A stretch of DNA of 64,000 nt from Candidatus Poribacteria bacterium. GTDB lineage: Bacteria > Poribacteria > WGA-4E > WGA-3G. Location of the stretch: the NCBI GenBank assembly GCA_965205025.1, contig CBDBFU010000002.1:288001-352000 (forward strand), written 5' to 3'. The notes below the pieces were generated by a model. The model worked only from the letters and a program-made list of their open reading frames with translations. It was not told the DNA's origin and ran no database searches. Position numbers and translations under genes: made by a program. Below are positions 20,238 through 30,579 of the stretch, piece by piece; the first letter of the stretch is position 1, and each line of letters opens with the position of its first letter.

Positions 20238-20588
20238 TGGAGGTGGCGGGAATTGAACCCGCGTCCGAAAGTATATTGATAAAGGCTACTACATGCTTAT
20301 CACAGGCTTTATGTTTTGCCTCTTAGACTCCCCTGTGCAAGATTCCAAGACGGCTATCTCAAGTTTATGTTCGCGGTATGTCCCTTGAGAACGACCAGAC
20401 CGCTATCCCGTATTGCGACGCTTTAGCCTCTCTGACGGGAGGCAGATCAACCAAGCGTAGCTGTCTTAAGCAGCTAATGCTAATTCTTGATCAGCAATTA
20501 TAATTGTTCCGCCTATTTTACGAGGCCTGCGGAGACCTCGACATGCAACCTGTATCGCAATTACCTCCGTCGAAACCAAGTCACCCCC
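20238..20588 (-). ncRNA. ssrA: tmRNA; tag peptide (A)ADQELALAA
   Basis: 5' GGGGGTGACTTGGTTTCGAC; 3' GACGCGGGTTCAATTCCCGCCACCTCCA (CCA not encoded); tag ORF 20495-20466; directly downstream of smpB. Confidence 0.96.
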
Positions 20589-20606
20589 GAAATAAATTGT
20601 GAAAAT

Positions 20607-21110
20607 CTATGTGTATGATCGTATTTCTCGGGTAGCCTGTTCGCGATCTATTTTATCGCGTTTGTCGTATAGTTTTTTACCTTGTGCGACTGCTAACTCT
20701 ACCTTGACATTGCTTCCTAAAAAATATGCCTTTGTTGGAATTAGTGTCATCCCTTTTGAATGTACGGATCGTTCAAGTTTCTTTATTTCGTTACGGTGTA
20801 ATAACAGTTTCCGAATACGTTTTGGTTCGTGATTTGCTCGATTTCCGTGATCGTATAATCCGATAAACGCATCAATCAGAAATATCTCTCCTTCTGTTAT
20901 TTGTGCGTAACTATCCGTGAGATTAAACTGCCCGTTCCGTATTGCTTTCACCTCAGTCCCCTGTAAGACGATTCCTGCCTCAAATCGGTCACCCAAATGA
21001 TAGTCGTGGCGTGCTTTCCGATTGACAGTTATGGTAGGGTTCTGCTGTGTTTTTTTCTTGTTCTTTTTCACAATGCGTTTAATTTTAACATATAAAATTG
21101 TCGTATGCAA
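20607..21110 (-). CDS. smpB: SsrA-binding protein (start probably GTG 21071)
   Basis: NRKARHDY, EAGIVLQGTEVKAIR, RKLLLHRNEI, GKKLYDKR. Confidence 0.96.
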   Translation of the reverse strand: MHTTILYVKIKRIVKKNKKKTQQNPTITVNRKARHDYHLGDRFEAGIVLQGTEVKAIRNGQFNLTDSYAQITEGEIFLIDAFIGLYDHGNRANHEPKRIRKLLLHRNEIKKLERSVHSKGMTLIPTKAYFLGSNVKVELAVAQGKKLYDKRDKIDREQATREIRSYT

Positions 21111-21139
21111 GCGAATTATAGATTGTAGCTAGTTTATTT

Positions 21140-22260
21140 CGTAGGTTGGGTTGAACCACAGTGAATTCCATACGCGGATTCACTGAATCTTCCATATTAC
21201 TTATAGGCATCAATTTAAGCATTGGACTCTTCTATAGAAGGGGATTCCAATCCCAATCTTCCTCCCTCTTCTGTAGGAGGGGATTCCGATCCCCGATTCT
21301 TATACCATTTCTATTTTAATAGTTCACATTACGAATACTCTTAGTAGTCCCCTGATAAGGGGATTTAGGGGTTTCTTTAAGTTAATAATGGATGATCATT
21401 ATTTAGATATGGTATTAGATGTATGGATACTGCGTATTGTAAAAAAATGTTAATATTTGTCGTCTTGAATTCTTTACACTTTCACGGAAACCTTCACGGA
21501 GCATTTTTACGAACCCTTGTTCTATATGGGTTTATAATTTCAACTATACCAATCCTCCGTGAATCACACATGTTAATACTAACATAACACAAGCCTGTAT
21601 GGAATGCATCTTTGGGTTTCATCTTATACCATTTCTATAGATATTTAGTTGTTATACGTGGCTTGAAATACCGCACAAACTGAAAGTTTATGCTACATTT
21701 AAGAGACCTTAATTATCAGAAATGGTATAAGATCGTGGATTAGAATTCACACTCCTACTAAGAATTTAATGCTAAAATTGACGTCTATAGTGACAAATTA
21801 TTTACGCACCCAAATAAGAACAGCCCCAGCGGGGCGAAATGTTTGTAGAAACGCCATACCTCCCATAGGTCAAGCCCCAGAGGGGCGAAAGGTGTGTAGA
21901 AAACGTAATAGTCCTAAACAATAAGCCCCAGGGAATGCCTAATGGCATTCATACCCGGGGAACGCCCACAGGCGTTCATACCGTTGATTCCTTGATTCAC
22001 GGGGCGAAAGGTGTATCGCTTAATATTATCCAAACTATAATAATAATTTGGGTAAAATAAAAACGAAGTAATTTTATACCCGTTACACATTTGAAAGATG
22101 TATTATTTAACACAAGTTGCTACTAACGGATTTGATCGTTTCAACACAGCTTTTCAGACACTTTCCTCAACCCCAGAGGGGTGATATGTCTATAGAAAAA
22201 ACTATATCAACATCCTGCACTCCAGCGGAGTGCTATGTCTAAAATTGTCCAAACTATAGG
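21140..22260. repeat. Cluster of REP-like palindromes and MITEs
   Basis: GTAG-hairpins (21141, 21273); MITE with perfect IR TTATACCATTTCT/AGAAATGGTATAA (21624-21730) and a similar one at 21301-21416; AGCCCC-N3-GGGGCGAAAxGT units at 21822, 21873 and 21924. Confidence 0.8.
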
Positions 22261-22683
22261 AACTGCTAAAACGTTGATTTATTTTGGGTATCAATCTCCT
22301 ATTAATTGCTTAAATTCATAGATTGCAAAGGAAACGAAAAAACGGAAAAAGTTACACTTTTTGTCACATCGTGTGACATTTGTTTTCGGCATAATTATGT
22401 CCTTCAGCCCAGTACTGGACTGGGTTTGTTGCAGTATAAATATAAAAAAGTAAAATTTCTAAATTTCTCATTTTTGTGTTGTTTTCTCTGCTTTTTGTTT
22501 GTGTGTAAAATGTTCACAATTGTTGATAGATTGTTGATAATTATCAGTTGTTCGTTTATAGTTGTTAATTGTCGATTGTTGGTTATCAATTACTGGTTTT
22601 TCAGAACCAAGATTAACTGGATTTCTCAAGATATTTTTTAAAATATATCTATACATTTTTTGAACCAAGGTGTATGGAACTGA

Positions 22684-23667
22684 TTATCCCGTAATTGCCT
22701 TTTGTTCTGGTGGTTTGATTGCAAGTAGTAGATTCTCTACCGCTTCAACGATTTCAGGATCGTTCTGGTTTTCAGATAGTTCTTCATCTGAACTGATTGC
22801 TTTGGTTATTCTCCCTAAAACAGATAAAATAGTGGGTTTGGTTAGATTCTTGTTGTGAGCAACAGTCAATCTATTGATAGTATCAAGTGTCTTTGTTAGT
22901 GAGTTCGTGAGAGCAGGTATCTGTTTTGACGAGGTCTCACTGTCTTCCAGTACGGTTTGGATTCGTTGTAGATGATTGACTAAGAGATCCACTTGTTCTG
23001 GAATATTGGAGAATTGCTGTTCAGTGCATACACCAATTTTCCATGCACGCTCTTCCTCCCAAAATACTCCATATTTCTCTTGCGGAAATCGTGAGTCACC
23101 TTTCTTTAGATATGAAAAAAGAGGTATTAAGGTTGTGCGAAGCGGTTGCATACCCATAGCATCGTCTTGTGCTAACCGATTTAGGATTGGATCTTCATTC
23201 ATCAATGTTGTAACCGCTTTTGATGTTGTAAGTCCATAGGCGTGGTAACGGACCATAGTTTCACGATGATGGTCTGTTATGAAGTTGGATATACACCTCT
23301 TTAATTCGCACCGGACAATACCCTTTAGATTTTGCATGGTATCCTCGTCAATGCCGTTTTCAGATTGCTTGAGTATATCTGAACCCGTAATTTTGATAGC
23401 GTACTTCTGTATAAGTTCAATAACATCATTGACAACGACACCTGGGGTGGTGTAATTGAACTTTCTTTTAATTTCTTTATGTAGTTCGTCAGTATCAGTT
23501 TTATAAACACCTTCAAAAATTTCTGTCCTTAGTTTTGACATTCCTCCACTATTCATGGTTATCCTCCATATTTTTAGTTTTTCAAGTTTTTTTAGTCGGT
23601 TTTTTAAACCTTTCAATTTAAAGTGCTTTGAAGTAAGTCTGAGACTGACTTCATAACGAATCACCAA
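22684..23667 (-). CDS. Hypothetical protein (likely start MNSGG/MSKL), possibly DUF2280-like
   Basis: 327-aa ORF; GGAGG RBS before MNSGG; the similarity to DUF2280 is weak and by eye only. Confidence 0.55.
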   Translation of the reverse strand: MVIRYEVSLRLTSKHFKLKGLKNRLKKLEKLKIWRITMNSGGMSKLRTEIFEGVYKTDTDELHKEIKRKFNYTTPGVVVNDVIELIQKYAIKITGSDILKQSENGIDEDTMQNLKGIVRCELKRCISNFITDHHRETMVRYHAYGLTTSKAVTTLMNEDPILNRLAQDDAMGMQPLRTTLIPLFSYLKKGDSRFPQEKYGVFWEEERAWKIGVCTEQQFSNIPEQVDLLVNHLQRIQTVLEDSETSSKQIPALTNSLTKTLDTINRLTVAHNKNLTKPTILSVLGRITKAISSDEELSENQNDPEIVEAVENLLLAIKPPEQKAITG

Positions 23668-23952
23668 AAGCAGGTGATTTTTTAAAAATTTGAAAAACTT
23701 GAAAACTGTATTTTCGGTTCAATCTGCTATAAACCCATTCTGGTAAAGGGATTGTACAGAATTGCCTAATATTTATCAATCGAACCTCAAATATATACAT
23801 TATCATAATAAAATAAACCTTTATCGTTTATATTTTCCATTACACACCATATTATTATAACATACGTGTAAAACATATGCAACTTTATTTTTCACACACG
23901 TGACTTCAGATGGTATTATGCGGATTTTTATTCACTGTTTTTTTATTTTAAT

Positions 23953-25042
23953 CAGGACTTACGCAGTTTTAAATTTTATTGAAGGATTTGAGAGTTGATG
24001 TTTTAAGTAATCACTCAATAAACCATCTTTAAACTCGTAAATCTTTTGTCCAACAGCACGTACAACACGCGTCATAAAGACCCATACTTGGAAACTACAC
24101 GCAATATGATTTCTCTGGGCACGCATCTTACGACATTGGCATTTACCAATACCGGTTACTTGTTTCATCTCACGATGAAGGAGTTCAATCTTCCAACGGA
24201 GACGACACTTTTGGTGAGTCATATCCACATTTGATTGTGTCAAATCGTTTGTCACTATATATTCCGTGCGTCCGGTATCAGACACAAACCGGAATAACTT
24301 TACGACAGAACCTTTCGGAAAGTTTTTGAGATGTACGCGTTTACCGCTTTTCTTTTCTGCTTGAGACCAAGATAGATCTTTGACTGCCTTGTGAGGTTCT
24401 ACACCTTTGGTATCATTCACAAGACGGTTTCGTTTCAACGGAACATAATAGATCTTAGAAAGTCTATCAATCGCTTTCATCACTTTCATGGACGCATACC
24501 AAGAGTCCATCAAGACTGTCCGGAATGGGAGTTGTTTCTTAGAATAAGCATCGTGCAACATATCCAATAAATGATCGATTTTGGTTTTACCGTCATGATC
24601 TCTGTCAAAAATACGGTAATCAATGACCCAATATTCCTGTGTCTTAGGGTTGACATAGAGACAGGTGACAATACCGATACCTTGAATCACCTTTCTGTCA
24701 CTACCACTCCATTGAGAGCGTACTATTTCAATCCGTTTAGAATGTATTTTTGACAGCACAACATCATCAAAAATCAGGTATCCTTCTTCATCAAAGTCGA
24801 TGTCGTCTTTGACGGATGCCCAGAGTTCACTTGTAGGAATGTTTTCGTCTCTCAGAAAGCGATTGAGTTGATCGTGGCTCCAACGGTCTGTATGTTTAGC
24901 AAAATAAGTTTGTGTAAAATTAGTAAAACTTGAAAACAAATATTGACAATAATCGGAAAATAAGTCTTGCTTCTTTTTAGAATGTGTAAATGTGTTCATA
25001 ATCAATAAGAATAACACATTTTGTAATTTTGCGTAAGTCCTG
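23953..25042 (-). mobile_element. Complete IS701-family insertion sequence
   Basis: Perfect 13-bp IRs CAGGACTTACGCA (23953) / TGCGTAAGTCCTG (25030-25042), 5-bp TSD TTAAT. Confidence 0.92.
23959..25017 (-). CDS. IS701-family DDE transposase
   Basis: SHDQLNRFL, LIFDDVV, VLMDSWY, RWKIELLHREMKQ..G...CQCR. Confidence 0.92.
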   Translation of the reverse strand: MLFLLIMNTFTHSKKKQDLFSDYCQYLFSSFTNFTQTYFAKHTDRWSHDQLNRFLRDENIPTSELWASVKDDIDFDEEGYLIFDDVVLSKIHSKRIEIVRSQWSGSDRKVIQGIGIVTCLYVNPKTQEYWVIDYRIFDRDHDGKTKIDHLLDMLHDAYSKKQLPFRTVLMDSWYASMKVMKAIDRLSKIYYVPLKRNRLVNDTKGVEPHKAVKDLSWSQAEKKSGKRVHLKNFPKGSVVKLFRFVSDTGRTEYIVTNDLTQSNVDMTHQKCRLRWKIELLHREMKQVTGIGKCQCRKMRAQRNHIACSFQVWVFMTRVVRAVGQKIYEFKDGLLSDYLKHQLSNPSIKFKTA

Positions 25043-25296
25043 TTAATACTATTTTCAATTTATAGGTATACATTATGATTTATCTGAAACAAGGATTATC
25101 ATATACGTATTTATGAGTCCCGGGGAATGCCTAAATGGCATTCATACCGTTGATTCGAGGGGCGAAAGGTGTGTAGAAACGAGGGAATCGCGGGTTAGTT
25201 GTCTGAATCGCGGATTACACGGATTACGCAGATTTCACGGAAAAGAGGGGTTTGATAAAAGGTGAATGTTTTTTATTAGGATAATGTCTCTAATTT

Positions 25297-26129
25297 TTAT
25301 TCTGCGGATGATTCTAATTCCTGTAGAAATGCTTCAACGCTGGATGTCTGGATTGCTGTCCGATGCAACCCTAACAAGTGATCAAAGTCTTGAATGGATT
25401 CAAGTGCTTTCGCCACAGGTTGTACATCCTCAAATGGAAAACGTTCGGTAAGAACAGACAAAATATTTCTAATACAAGCTTCAATACCTTGTTCAATACC
25501 TTGTCCAATACCGCGCTGCATTATGAGTTCGATAAAAGGAGATTCTTGCATCATTTCCTCCAATATGAGTTTTTGAAAAAGACTTGCATCGTATGTTAAA
25601 CTACCCAACGTTGATAATGCAAACAATAGTGTGCCACGCGTCTGTGTGTCAACGGGTGCGGATTCCGTCTTTTCGACACACTTTTGCAACCATGCTTCCG
25701 TGTTCATGCCTTCAGGTGGTTTCATTAAGGGTGTGAACGGTAATAGACCAACCGACACTGCATCCAAAAACAACTCACCTTCTAAATCTGCCAATCGAAT
25801 TACCTGATATTTGTGTTGCAAACCAAATGTATCATCTCCATAACTATAGCCACCTGGATCCGTTTGTCCTGCGTTTTGACTTAAATAGAGAACGACTGAA
25901 TAGACTGGAAGTTCATACCGTAGCAGAAGTTCACCAGCATACGCAAGAACACGCAACGGCATCGGTTTATCTCTACTGTCTTGGGTTTGTACTTCTATAT
26001 GAAGTAGTACTGTTTCATTATGCCACCGTACCTTAAATGTCATGTCGTTACGATGGACTTTTACTGTTTGTTGCTCCGTATCAAGTGTCTCTAAGACTTC
26101 AACATTGGATGTAGCAAAAGATAACATGG
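25297..26129 (-). pseudogene. Rpn/YhgA-like recombination-promoting nuclease, 3' part; 5' part displaced to 37029-37109
   Basis: RND..LLHIEVQT, MPLRVLAY, PVYSVVLYL, GIEQG repeats; N-terminus AQYDEIVKHLM..MLSFA lies 10.9 kb away and joins in frame. Confidence 0.85.
26107..26129. repeat. Left copy of a 23-bp direct repeat flanking the inserted cassette
   Basis: GGATGTAGCAAAAGATAACATGG, 22/23 identical to 37029-37051. Confidence 0.9.
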
Positions 26130-26189
26130 TAAATGAGTTGTTTAATCTGAACCGTGAACTATAGGATTAGTTGGCAGTAAAAATATGAT

Positions 26190-27386
26190 TCAGGTTCTCT
26201 TCTTAACCGTTTTTACTGCATGTTCAAACGCCCTTTTATAGATTGTACGTTCAAGTCTATTTCCTACAAAATTTTCAAGATTGTCTTTTTCATCACGTAC
26301 ACGTTTCGCTTCAAAGTTAAAGGCATATAAATTATGACATGCTCGTCGATGTATGTGGTTTTGACCATTCTTATCTTCAAGATAATCTAAGTAAGAAATT
26401 GCGTCTTTTTTACATTTAATTGTCCAAATCTTTCCATTTTCGTTATCCCAATCTTTGATTGAAAAATTTTCTTCAGTGACCATTTTTACTAAATGATCGG
26501 CAAATTTAATACGCCTTTCTTCATATTTCTTTGGGTCTTTTTCTCTTTCTCGAGGTGACAATCGAGTCCAAGAAAATCCTGGTAACTGCACATATTTAAA
26601 TGCCGCGCTTAACATCCAACTCTGTGAATCAACTGAATCAACACCACAATAAAAAGCGAATAACATTAAGAGTGTTGACCCCATTGAGAAACAGTGAATA
26701 TGAGAATTTGGGAGAAGTTTACGGACTATACAAATAATATCAATTGCTTTTTGTTTACTTCCATTACGAGCAAGTGGTGCTAAACTTCCGATGCCGACAA
26801 TAGGAGGTTCTGGTCCGCAGATCTTGATAATTTCATCAATGCGGCGTTTTAAAGTCTGTGAACTATGTCCGTGAATTACAGGCATCAAATGGAAACCATC
26901 TGGAATATCACCGTTCCGAGAATTTAATTCGTCAAACATTCGACGCGTGTTTTCGACAGTATTTTTCCAACGTTTACCTTTTGTACGGGCTGCTGTTTTT
27001 GGTAGGAAAGGATGGTCTAAAACAACAGAGATGTCTGCCCCAAGCTCTAACCCAATTGAAAGAACATCATTAGGGTCAATACTAATGTCAGTGTGTTTTT
27101 GGAAGTTAAATGCACCAGAATCAAGTATCAAAGGACCATTAAACTCAATAAATTCATGAAGTTGACACTTTTTTTCTTTAATTTCTAATGCAGCAATTTT
27201 AGTTTGTTTATTCGCTAATAAATCAAAGGCGTTAAGCAGAACTCCTTGGGTGCCAGTAATATTCCATGGATGGAAACGTAAACGAGCCTGGGGAAAATCT
27301 CCAATGCGGTAACTGGCAAATAATGTTGGTGTTTCAAAAGAATAATCAGAAAAAACTGAAGAATTATCCACATCTTGACTCTTCAA
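26190..27386 (-). CDS. tRNA-guanine transglycosylase (TGT)/DpdA-like protein
   Basis: ILDSGAF, VLDHP, PVIHG, GIGSL, IHCFSMG, DSVDSQSW, HNL; no CxCxxC zinc motif. Confidence 0.8.
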   Translation of the reverse strand: MKSQDVDNSSVFSDYSFETPTLFASYRIGDFPQARLRFHPWNITGTQGVLLNAFDLLANKQTKIAALEIKEKKCQLHEFIEFNGPLILDSGAFNFQKHTDISIDPNDVLSIGLELGADISVVLDHPFLPKTAARTKGKRWKNTVENTRRMFDELNSRNGDIPDGFHLMPVIHGHSSQTLKRRIDEIIKICGPEPPIVGIGSLAPLARNGSKQKAIDIICIVRKLLPNSHIHCFSMGSTLLMLFAFYCGVDSVDSQSWMLSAAFKYVQLPGFSWTRLSPREREKDPKKYEERRIKFADHLVKMVTEENFSIKDWDNENGKIWTIKCKKDAISYLDYLEDKNGQNHIHRRACHNLYAFNFEAKRVRDEKDNLENFVGNRLERTIYKRAFEHAVKTVKKRT

Positions 27387-28564
27387 CTATCATTTTCCAC
27401 TTCTTGACTCAACCGTTCTCGCATTTTAGGTAAAAAATATCCTGGTAAGACATTTAACTCCGCTTTTTCTACAACTCCTTTTAATAATGTATACTCTTCC
27501 TTAACTATCTCTTCAGTTAAAGGCTTTAACTTGTCAGGCCGATTAGATACTGCTTCACCACGTTCTCTTAAATCTAATTCATACTTATTACGACCACTAT
27601 TTAGGTAATCTGAAACGTAGTTAATAGCAAGTTCAAAGTTGGCAATAGGTTGTAGTTCAATTGGTTCTCCTAATCGTCGTTCAATGGCAGGATATTGACG
27701 AAGGTCTTTGGGTTCTGGTACGGTTGCAATAACAAAGAAGACTGATTCCTTTAATGTATCAAAAAGGTGACGTAGGTCTTGGGCATATCGTGATTGCCGT
27801 GAACGAGTTAACCCTTCAAAAATCTCTTCAAATTCGTCAAATAATAGTACAACACCTGTACAGATATCTAATTCTTTTAATAGATTAATAAATCCATTTA
27901 AGAAACGTATTGCAAGTGAAGAACTCGTTATATCTACAGGTGTTTTCCCTCCTTGTATACTTATTATTTTTTTCTCTGATGTAAGAAGTTTATGTCCTTT
28001 CATCCAGCGAAGAAAAACGTCTTTCTGGCGTTCTTCTTCTGAAAATAACGGTATTGTAGAAGGATGAGTGATACTATGAAGTACTTCCAATATTTCATTA
28101 GCTGAAATTACCTTTGTTGAAAGTGACTTTATTAGATTTGAATCTGATCGTAGAACACTAACTAAATCATTCAGGAAAAAACCTGCCAATTTATCAATGA
28201 TTTGTTCATGAATATCAAAATAACTTTCTCCAGGAGCATAAATATAAATTGGACGTAGATTATTGATAAGTTTATTGCGTCTTGCTTCATCTATTAAACG
28301 CTCAAAATACTGTAAAATATTTGTTTTACCTGCTCCATTTTCACCGTTGATCCGTAAGCGTTTGGCATCGGAAGAAAAATTCTGTAAACTATAAACAAAC
28401 TTTTTCTTAATTTCGTCCTGGTCGGTACAAACATCAAAGCCTGTTTCACCATATCCTGGGAATGGATTTTCAAGAAGAAAGTATTTCTCATAAGGATTAA
28501 GTTCTTCCCGTTCAACTTCAAATAAAGAAAGGTCCTTTTTCAATGTCACTATAATCACTCCCAT
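27383..28564 (-). CDS. P-loop ATPase (AAA/STAND- or BrxD-like)
   Basis: ENPFP, Walker A GENGAGKT, Walker B LLFDEFE, AIERR. Confidence 0.8.
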   Translation of the reverse strand: MGVIIVTLKKDLSLFEVEREELNPYEKYFLLENPFPGYGETGFDVCTDQDEIKKKFVYSLQNFSSDAKRLRINGENGAGKTNILQYFERLIDEARRNKLINNLRPIYIYAPGESYFDIHEQIIDKLAGFFLNDLVSVLRSDSNLIKSLSTKVISANEILEVLHSITHPSTIPLFSEEERQKDVFLRWMKGHKLLTSEKKIISIQGGKTPVDITSSSLAIRFLNGFINLLKELDICTGVVLLFDEFEEIFEGLTRSRQSRYAQDLRHLFDTLKESVFFVIATVPEPKDLRQYPAIERRLGEPIELQPIANFELAINYVSDYLNSGRNKYELDLRERGEAVSNRPDKLKPLTEEIVKEEYTLLKGVVEKAELNVLPGYFLPKMRERLSQEVENDS

Positions 28565-29499
28565 CGGACAAGTTTGACCAGACTACCCTTGACACGCATT
28601 CCATCTTCAAGGTAACGATATTCTAACCATTGTGATTTCTGACGATTGTTCTCGCTTCTCTCTTCAGTTTGTTTCCTACCTAACAATTCTGTAGAAAGAC
28701 GTTTGCCGAGGATTTCATTTCTTGGACGGATTGTAATGATTTGGTTTTTACCTGAAATGACACGGCGGATTGTAGCTGGGGCGAGTGTTATTTCACCGGG
28801 AAAAGTTTCTAATAATTGATTCATCTTCATCTCAAAAGCCTGAAAAGATATACGAAGCTCCTGGCAAACTAGATGTGCCAAACGACCAAGGTTTGCATAA
28901 GCAGATGTTTTATCTGTCTGATTGTACTTTTTTAGACAAATTTCTTTAAAGTTCTCTAATGAAGGTTTATTCTTATCCCATTCTCCACCCCAATATAAGA
29001 ATTCTTCAAATGGTGATCGATATGCATGTCCAACAGATATCGCCCAAGGATAAAATGTATCAAATGCTACAAAAGTAATATTATATCTTTCTTTTAAACT
29101 AACTCCTAAAGTTTTCTTAGCTTCTTTATTATGATGTTCCGGTATTTTAATCTGCCCTTGATCCTTTAAGCATTTAAGGAAACTAGCATAAGGTGAGTAA
29201 TTTGTTAATCCTTCATTCATTGGCAGTAGTTGATTTCCTATGTTCCAAGCATCAATAAAACTATGATATTTCTCAGTTAAATATAGAATATCAGATTTTC
29301 CCTCTCTTTGAGTCATCCATTGTGATTCTTTAAAGATTCGAAGTATATCCTTTACGCGCCGATCAAGATCCTTTATTTTTCCTCGACTCTCTATATCAAT
29401 AATCTTATAAAATGTATTCAGAGAGAGTTGATTATCTGTACGATGTGTATCAATAGCATCGGCAACAGAAAGCAACTTATTTATAGTGATCGGGTCCAT
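28555..29499 (-). CDS. Hypothetical protein, operonic
   Basis: 314-aa ORF overlapping the ATPase start; no motif recognised. Confidence 0.75.
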   Translation of the reverse strand: MDPITINKLLSVADAIDTHRTDNQLSLNTFYKIIDIESRGKIKDLDRRVKDILRIFKESQWMTQREGKSDILYLTEKYHSFIDAWNIGNQLLPMNEGLTNYSPYASFLKCLKDQGQIKIPEHHNKEAKKTLGVSLKERYNITFVAFDTFYPWAISVGHAYRSPFEEFLYWGGEWDKNKPSLENFKEICLKKYNQTDKTSAYANLGRLAHLVCQELRISFQAFEMKMNQLLETFPGEITLAPATIRRVISGKNQIITIRPRNEILGKRLSTELLGRKQTEERSENNRQKSQWLEYRYLEDGMRVKGSLVKLVRWE

Positions 29500-29502
29500 T
29501 TA

Positions 29503-30579
29503 TCATTCCTCCTGAATCTCCATCACATCGTGTGCAAAAAATCCTTGTTTTGCTTGTGAGTAATAGGCCAGTTCAATTTTGCGAGAACATTTCTTATTCT
29601 CCAATCGAATCGTACTGAAGACTTGTGCCATATCCCATAGTAGATAATGTATAGGTGTGAGTACTAACTTTCCATTATATGAATCGTATCTAACGGAACT
29701 AATTTTAGTAGGTACTGACGGTGTACCAATATGTAGACTATCTACATTTTCTAAGGTTGACAGTGAAGCCATATCTTTATCACCGGTCAGAAGATAAACA
29801 CCTTGTTGTAATCCTCGGTCTCGTTTAAGGTTTTTTGTGCTTTCAATAATCAATCTATCAATGTTTGAATTACCGTTGGACTGACCTAAGTGCTCAGAAA
29901 GAGTGGTTAGCATTTCTATAGGTCTCCACTGACGAATATGGTTCAATTCTCGACTAATACAAGAAACTTGTGGACGCTGACTCAAAACGCCACATTTACC
30001 AATATGTGGTTGTGTACCTCTCACAGATGCTTCCCAAAGATCACTTACTTCCTTAGCTTGTCTTTGTACTTCAGTCATAACAAAAACTGGTACTACTGTC
30101 CATATCAATACCTTAGATAAAGTTTTGTGCAAGAAAGAGGGAACTGCACGTCGTAAAGCACTCGTATCAACAACAAGTATCAAGTGGATTTGTTCTGAAA
30201 GTCTTTCCATTACATCTCGAAACCCCATTTTAATATTCTGTCTTTCCATTAGGCAAAACTCTGGACGTAGAAGCCCCGTTCGCAATATACTGTCAGCAAG
30301 TTCTGAACATATAAAATCAGCGGCTCTATGTTTTTGTGCCTTTTCATCAGATATTTTGGAAAAATTACATCTAATTTGTTGATTAGTTAAAGGCGTGAAA
30401 GTAAAAGGTAAAATCGGGTGTATCTGCGCAATTTTCTCGGATTCGTCAATTACGATTTCACCGAGTTTGATATATTCATCTTTAGGCAAATGAGTACCAT
30501 CTGTATAGGAAACTTCCCAATTACTCCAGAATCGGTATTCCGCAACAAACTCATCTAATTTTAGCGTACGACTACGCAT
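29503..30579 (-). CDS. PIN-domain protein (putative ribonuclease)
   Basis: LVVDTSAL, VPVFVMTEV, IDRLII, LLTGDKDM supply the PIN acidic residues. Confidence 0.75.
   Translation of the reverse strand: MRSRTLKLDEFVAEYRFWSNWEVSYTDGTHLPKDEYIKLGEIVIDESEKIAQIHPILPFTFTPLTNQQIRCNFSKISDEKAQKHRAADFICSELADSILRTGLLRPEFCLMERQNIKMGFRDVMERLSEQIHLILVVDTSALRRAVPSFLHKTLSKVLIWTVVPVFVMTEVQRQAKEVSDLWEASVRGTQPHIGKCGVLSQRPQVSCISRELNHIRQWRPIEMLTTLSEHLGQSNGNSNIDRLIIESTKNLKRDRGLQQGVYLLTGDKDMASLSTLENVDSLHIGTPSVPTKISSVRYDSYNGKLVLTPIHYLLWDMAQVFSTIRLENKKCSRKIELAYYSQAKQGFFAHDVMEIQEE

Noticed and set aside
20238-20588. tmRNA as the integration site of the defence island
   Set aside because: The ssrA 3' end faces away from the island, I saw no duplicated 3' fragment, and there is no integrase
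21820-22240. CRISPR-like repeat-spacer pattern
   Set aside because: Units are degenerate, irregularly spaced and dispersed elsewhere in the window, which fits REP-like palindromes
22306-22668. Short ORFs (111, 61 and 66 aa)
   Set aside because: Low-complexity heptamer-repeat DNA with no coding signature
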